From the IMG/VR virus record IMGVR_UViG_3300035676_000033, positions 1 through 29,262 of that record: a stretch of DNA of 29,262 nt; one strand, given 5' to 3'. Origin of the DNA: a virus (lineage: Duplodnaviria; Caudoviricetes). The translations under genes and the position numbers were made by a program. How positions within the stretch are numbered: the first letter of the stretch is position 1; the number at the start of each line of letters is the position of its first letter. The notes below the pieces were generated by a model that was not told the DNA's origin, did no database searches, and saw only the letters and a program-made list of their open reading frames with translations. This document shows positions 25,218 through 29,262 of this stretch, one piece after another.

Positions 25218-25394
25218 GTGAGCACCATCGACCATACCGAAGCCCGGCTGAACACACATGAGGAAATCTGCGCGTTGCGTTATGAAAGCATTTGCGCTCG
25301 ACTGAAGCGCCTTGAAAACATGGGTGTGTCTGTGGCTGGCACGATCATCCTGCTGTTGATCGGTATTCTTCTGGCCCTACTGGGGCTGAAATGA
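25218..25394 (+). CDS. Putative holin/antiholin-like membrane protein (58 aa)
   Basis: GTG start; coiled N-terminus (HEEICALRY...RLKRLE) plus one C-terminal TM helix; ATGA overlap with endolysin. Confidence 0.6.
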   Translation: MSTIDHTEARLNTHEEICALRYESICARLKRLENMGVSVAGTIILLLIGILLALLGLK

Positions 25395-25783
25395 GCATCA
25401 TCCTTGGCCAGCGGTCGCTGGCGCGGCTTGAAGGTGTGCACCCTGATCTGGTGCGCGTCGTTAAGAAAGCCGCTGCCATGTCCGATCTGGACTTCACGGT
25501 GCTGGAAGGTCTGCGCACGATAGAACGTCAGAAAGAACTGATGAAGAACGGCGCGACCAAGACCATGAACTCGCGTCATCTGACAGGACACGCCGTCGAT
25601 CTGGCGCCCATGATCGGCGGTAAAATATCTTGGGATTGGCCGCTCTACAATCGGCTGTCCAAGATTGTGAAGGTCGCTGCGGCGGCTGAAAAAGTGCCGC
25701 TCCAATGGGGCGGTGATTGGCGAACTTTCAAGGACGGCCCGCATTGGGAATTGCCGTGGAAGTTTTATCCGAAAGGAAAATAA
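25391..25783 (+). CDS. Endolysin, peptidase M15 (L-Ala-D-Glu peptidase type)
   Basis: EGLRT.ERQ, SRHLTGHAVDL (SxH...D), WGGDW, DGPHWEL. Confidence 0.92.
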   Translation: MSIILGQRSLARLEGVHPDLVRVVKKAAAMSDLDFTVLEGLRTIERQKELMKNGATKTMNSRHLTGHAVDLAPMIGGKISWDWPLYNRLSKIVKVAAAAEKVPLQWGGDWRTFKDGPHWELPWKFYPKGK

Positions 25784-25784
25784 T

Positions 25785-25943
25785 ATGTTTAGCAAACTCG
25801 CAGGTAAGAAAACATACATCGTAGCCGCTCTGGCTGCCGCAGGCGCAGTCGCGCAAGCGTTCGGGTATGTCATTCCCGAATACGTGTTTATTCTGCTTGG
25901 TGCGGCTGGCTTCGGCGCGGTGCGTTCTGCTATTGGGCGCTGA
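25785..25943 (+). CDS. Putative holin-like membrane protein (52 aa)
   Basis: SD AAGGA; GKKTYIVAAL, two hydrophobic segments, ends RSAIGR. Confidence 0.65.
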   Translation: MFSKLAGKKTYIVAALAAAGAVAQAFGYVIPEYVFILLGAAGFGAVRSAIGR

Positions 25944-26187
25944 TTAGCTTCTCAATATACCATATCGCTTTGCGGTATTCTTGAGCCGCGTCGTCTTTAT
26001 GTCCGGCGCGGCTCAAATATTTTAACGCATTCCCGCGTAGGAAACCGCGAAACTCTTCAGGCGATAGCTTGGCCCTTAGATATTCAATCGTCTCAATGCC
26101 GCCGACCTTGTAATGGTCGGGGTTGATTGCGTCCTTGAGCGCCAACTCTTTGGCCCATGATCCGGGTTCTGATTGATCGTCGATCAT
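25930..26187 (-). CDS. DUF3310 / T7 gp1.7-like protein
   Basis: DAINPDHY..GGIETI, GFLRGNALKYLSRAGHK, KAIWYI. Confidence 0.88.
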   Translation of the reverse strand: MIDDQSEPGSWAKELALKDAINPDHYKVGGIETIEYLRAKLSPEEFRGFLRGNALKYLSRAGHKDDAAQEYRKAIWYIEKLISAQ

Positions 26188-26375
26188 TGCTTTATCTGCT
26201 CCATGATAGCGGCGCGTTCGCGTGCGGCGCGCAGGGTTGAGAACCGTTGATGCAGACGCCGGACGATAGCCGGACGCTTATGCACCCTAATCTCTTCTTC
26301 TAAGAGGCTGGTGATCTGCGCCTCGTCCATCTCGGTCAGCATCTTGCAGACCTTATGCCATGTTAGTTTAGCCAT
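26184..26375 (-). CDS. Small hypothetical protein (63 aa)
   Basis: Overlap-coupled on both sides; SD GAGG. Confidence 0.75.
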   Translation of the reverse strand: MAKLTWHKVCKMLTEMDEAQITSLLEEEIRVHKRPAIVRRLHQRFSTLRAARERAAIMEQIKQ

Positions 26376-27678
26376 TTTTCAATTCCTCAATAGCCGTATC
26401 GGACACCGCGCGCTTGTCGTGCAGCGCCGCCCAGATGCGTTCGTCGATGGTCTTTTCCGTCAACATGACGTAAACCCAAACGTCGTTCGCCTGACCACTG
26501 CGGTGCAGGCGCCCAACGGTTTGTTCGTATAACTCCAGCGACCACGGCAGCGACAGGAACACCATGTGGCAGCCGCCGTGTTGGAGATTAAGCCCGTGCC
26601 CAGCCGACTTGGGGTGGACGAGTAGCAACTCGACTTCGCCCTTGTTCCAACGTTCGATGACGTTGGCGTCGTCAATCGTCTGAGCGTGTGGGAAGCGGCG
26701 CTTCAATTCGGACAATTCTTCTTGATAGGTATAGCAGATGATCGTGTTCGCCCGCTGGTTCTCGGCCAGCAACTCTTCCAGCCGGTCGAACTTATGGCTG
26801 CTGAACCAGATCGACGGTGCGGCGCTCTCGCGGTTGTAGACGAACCCTGACGCCATCTGTTGCAGCTTGGTCGTGACCGACGCTGCGTTCTGCGCGATGA
26901 CGCGCTCGTCGCCGAAGCGCACGACATACTCGGCTTTCATTTTCTGGTAGGGTAGACGGTCGGCCAGAGCGCAGCGCACCTCGACCACATGGCATGGCGG
27001 CAGCTTGTCCTTATATTCGCCCGGCTCAAGGACGTAGGTCGCAGGGCGAATGCGCTGCATGACCTGTTCGAGCGCCAACGGTGCAGGCGTCCACTGGCCG
27101 AAGTCGCGGTTGATGCAGACGAAATACTGTTGCAGGAACGCGCCCTTCGACCGGCCCAGCAGCCCTTGGTCGATGATCTTGCACTGCCCGAAGACATCCT
27201 CAAGGCCGTTGGACGTGAACGATCCGGTCAAGCCCCAGCGGATGTTCAGCTTGGCGATGACCTTTTCCAGCGCCTTGAAGCGTTTGCCGGACGGGTTCTT
27301 CAGCCGTGTCAATTCGTCGAACACGATGCCGTCAAAGCGGTCGCAGTTATGCGCGACGGTCGGCAGGTTGTCGTAGTTGGTGACGACCACATCTGCGTCG
27401 CTGTCAAACGCTGCTTGACGCTGCTTGGGTGTGCCGACGCCAACGGCGACCTTCAAGCCGGGCGCCCACTTCGGTGCTTCGACAGGCCACACGTCGGTGC
27501 ACACACGCTTGGGAGCCAGCACGATCCAGCGCCGAGCGTGACCATCGCGGATCATCTCGGCCATCGCCGTCAGCGTGATCGCAGTCTTGCCAGCGCCGAC
27601 CGGCGCCAAGATCATGGCGCGGTCACGCTCGAACAGAAACGTCGCGGCGTCCTGCTGATAAGGACGCAATTCAAGCAT
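26368..27678 (-). CDS. SNF2-like superfamily 2 helicase
   Basis: LRPYQ, GAGKT, VFDE, GLTGS, HPKSAGHGLNLQ, QTVGRLHRSGQ; start at ATG 27678. Confidence 0.92.
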   Translation of the reverse strand: MLELRPYQQDAATFLFERDRAMILAPVGAGKTAITLTAMAEMIRDGHARRWIVLAPKRVCTDVWPVEAPKWAPGLKVAVGVGTPKQRQAAFDSDADVVVTNYDNLPTVAHNCDRFDGIVFDELTRLKNPSGKRFKALEKVIAKLNIRWGLTGSFTSNGLEDVFGQCKIIDQGLLGRSKGAFLQQYFVCINRDFGQWTPAPLALEQVMQRIRPATYVLEPGEYKDKLPPCHVVEVRCALADRLPYQKMKAEYVVRFGDERVIAQNAASVTTKLQQMASGFVYNRESAAPSIWFSSHKFDRLEELLAENQRANTIICYTYQEELSELKRRFPHAQTIDDANVIERWNKGEVELLLVHPKSAGHGLNLQHGGCHMVFLSLPWSLELYEQTVGRLHRSGQANDVWVYVMLTEKTIDERIWAALHDKRAVSDTAIEELKNG

Positions 27679-28159
27679 GGCGGGCAAATGTACCATGCAG
27701 CTTTTCGCGCGCGCGCTGGGCTATAATCGCTGCTTCTTGTGGGTCTTCATAGCAGCCGTAATAATGCCGCCGTCCATCTTTAATGATACAGACCTGCCAT
27801 TTTCGCCCATGTTTTCTAACATTTTTATACCCGCTGCTATTATTAGACCGGCGTTTTGCGTTGCATTGGTTTTCAGACACTGTCGCGGCGCGTAAATTTT
27901 CAATTTTGTTATTCGATATATCGCCGTCAATGTGGTCCACTATCGGCGGCGTCCATCCGTGATGATACGCGAATATAAGTTTATGCGCGACGAACAATTT
28001 TCGGTTCCATTGAATTTGCAAATAGCCACGTTGGTTAGGCGAGCCCGCAGGATCACCTATTTTTACGTTACGGCTAGGCGATACGCGCCAGCGTAAAACG
28101 CCGTCGTCATATGTAAATGCGGTGCGGACCGCGTCACGAAAAACGTTTAATCCAATCAT
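27671..28159 (-). CDS. HNH homing endonuclease with AP2-like domain
   Basis: VAHKLIF, VDHIDGDISNNKIENLR, NNSSGYKNV...KWQV...YGCY; SD AAGGAGG 6 nt before ATG 28159; AT-richer than neighbours by eye. Confidence 0.9.
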   Translation of the reverse strand: MIGLNVFRDAVRTAFTYDDGVLRWRVSPSRNVKIGDPAGSPNQRGYLQIQWNRKLFVAHKLIFAYHHGWTPPIVDHIDGDISNNKIENLRAATVSENQCNAKRRSNNSSGYKNVRKHGRKWQVCIIKDGRRHYYGCYEDPQEAAIIAQRAREKLHGTFARHA

Positions 28160-28409
28160 CCACATCCTCCTTAGACCACAAGCACGCGTAGTGCTGGCGG
28201 GTATGCGTCATCTCTTCGGCGAAGATTTCCTGCAACGCCGACAGCCGACCGCCGGGCTTCTTCAGTTCGACGAACCAAGCCTGACCATTCGGCATACATG
28301 CGATGCGGTCGGCGACGCCGCGCTGCGTGACGCTGCGGAACTTATAGGCGTAGCCGCCCATCTGCTTGACGCGCTTCACGAAATACGCCTCGATTTCTTT
28401 CTCAGTCAT
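28134..28409 (-). CDS. VRR-NUC domain nuclease
   Basis: EKEIE, GVADRI, FVELKKPGGRLSALQ (PD-(D/E)XK). Confidence 0.92.
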   Translation of the reverse strand: MTEKEIEAYFVKRVKQMGGYAYKFRSVTQRGVADRIACMPNGQAWFVELKKPGGRLSALQEIFAEEMTHTRQHYACLWSKEDVDDWIKRFS

Positions 28410-28474
28410 GACCGACCCTTACGAAAATATTTTTTGCATTTCAACCTTGCGCAGCAATTTTTGTTGTGTATGAT
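28410..28474. promoter_or_regulatory. Back-to-back divergent promoters
   Basis: Minus: TTGAAA (28444-28439)-N17-TAAGGG, 6 nt before ATG 28409; plus: TTGCGC (28447-28452)-N16-TATGAT (28469-28474). Confidence 0.55.
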
Positions 28475-28505
28475 CGGCGATCCAAACAGTTCAGTGAGGT
28501 GAAGT

Positions 28506-29262
28506 ATGCAACATTCGAGGATCGTTGGCGGATCGACCGCCAAGCGCGTCATCAACTGCCCCGGCAGTGTGGCGCTGGTGGACAAGATGCCGCCCAAGCC
28601 CAGCAGCAAATACGCAGACGAAGGCACGCTGCTGCACGATACCATTGCGGACATCCTGACGAAGGATATGCACCCTGCAGCTTATCTGGGTCGTAAATAC
28701 GCCGAGATCGAATTGACGCAGGATTTGATCGACCGCAAGTTAGGCGTGGCGTTGGCCGCGCTGGATGAGATCGACCCGGAAGGAAACATGGATTATGCAG
28801 TCGAAAGTCAAGTGGGCTTTGGCGATCTTTTACCTGACGTGTTCGGTTCTACTGACCTTCTGGGCCGCATTGGTGATCGTGCTATTGTGCTGGATTGGAA
28901 GTTTGGCGATGGCGTCCCCGTCGAGGCGGAAGAAAACGCGCAGCTTCTCTTCTATGCTGCGGCTGCTGCACGCACGCCGAAGACGGCATGGGCGTTTAAG
29001 GACGCAACCGAAGTCGAACTGATCATCGTCCAGCCCCCAAGCGTTAAGCGGTGGTTGACGACGTTGGAGCGCGTTAGAGCGTTTGAGCATGAGTTGATCC
29101 AAGCGGTCAAGACAGCGATGAAACCCGACGCGCCGTTGGCGGCTGGCGACCATTGCCGCTGGTGTGCCGCCAAGCCGATCTGCCCTGTGATGACAGGGGC
29201 TGTAGATCGCGCCATCAAGGCCAAGATCGAACTGCTGCCGGTCGATCAGATCGCGCACTATC
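28506..29262 (+). CDS. Cas4-like PD-(D/E)XK exonuclease (DUF2800-type), partial
   Basis: Missing from ORF track (no stop in window). Read manually: MQHSRIVGGSTAKRVINCPGS, EGTLLH, FGSTD, LDWKFG, NAQLLFYA, HCRWCAAKPIC; SD GAGGTG. Confidence 0.9.
   Translation, partial: MQHSRIVGGSTAKRVINCPGSVALVDKMPPKPSSKYADEGTLLHDTIADILTKDMHPAAYLGRKYAEIELTQDLIDRKLGVALAALDEIDPEGNMDYAVESQVGFGDLLPDVFGSTDLLGRIGDRAIVLDWKFGDGVPVEAEENAQLLFYAAAAARTPKTAWAFKDATEVELIIVQPPSVKRWLTTLERVRAFEHELIQAVKTAMKPDAPLAAGDHCRWCAAKPICPVMTGAVDRAIKAKIELLPVDQIAHY

Noticed and set aside
28506-29262. Cas4-like gene as evidence of CRISPR-Cas
   Set aside because: Solo Cas4-like/DUF2800 exonucleases are ordinary phage replication-module genes; no cas1/cas2 or array seen
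1-29262. Integrase, repressor, att site, tRNA, reverse transcriptase/DGR, group I intron
   Set aside because: No supporting motifs seen; terL and helicase frames are uninterrupted and both HNH genes are free-standing. Lifestyle cannot be judged from this partial genome

Overview
About 29 kb of a tailed dsDNA phage with a P22-like podovirus morphogenesis module, probably infecting a proteobacterium (host not determinable here). All family calls are by motif recognition only; no database searches were run. Left to right: (1) a leftward early-type operon of small genes plus a truncated DNA polymerase III beta-clamp-like gene, interrupted by a complete type II hammerhead ribozyme with a pseudoknot (654-724, minus strand); (2) a roughly 900 bp non-coding, repeat-rich region resembling an iteron origin plus a possible packaging-site region; (3) a rightward late region: terS, HNH-AP2 endonuclease, terL, four small Lys-rich proteins, GroES, portal, ferritin/Dps-like protein, a tailspike/fibre block unusually placed between portal and scaffold, scaffold, P22-type coat, decoration-like proteins, gp4/gp10/needle-like tail proteins, three ejection proteins and a lysis cassette with an M15 endolysin; (4) a convergent leftward block (DUF3310-like, SNF2-like helicase, second HNH-AP2, VRR-NUC); (5) a divergent Cas4-like exonuclease running off the right end. 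The most notable items are the hammerhead wedged between a stop codon and the next RBS, and the separately promoted cluster of basic microproteins (three ending in AKKGK) plus GroES. No integrase, repressor, tRNA or CRISPR array was seen.
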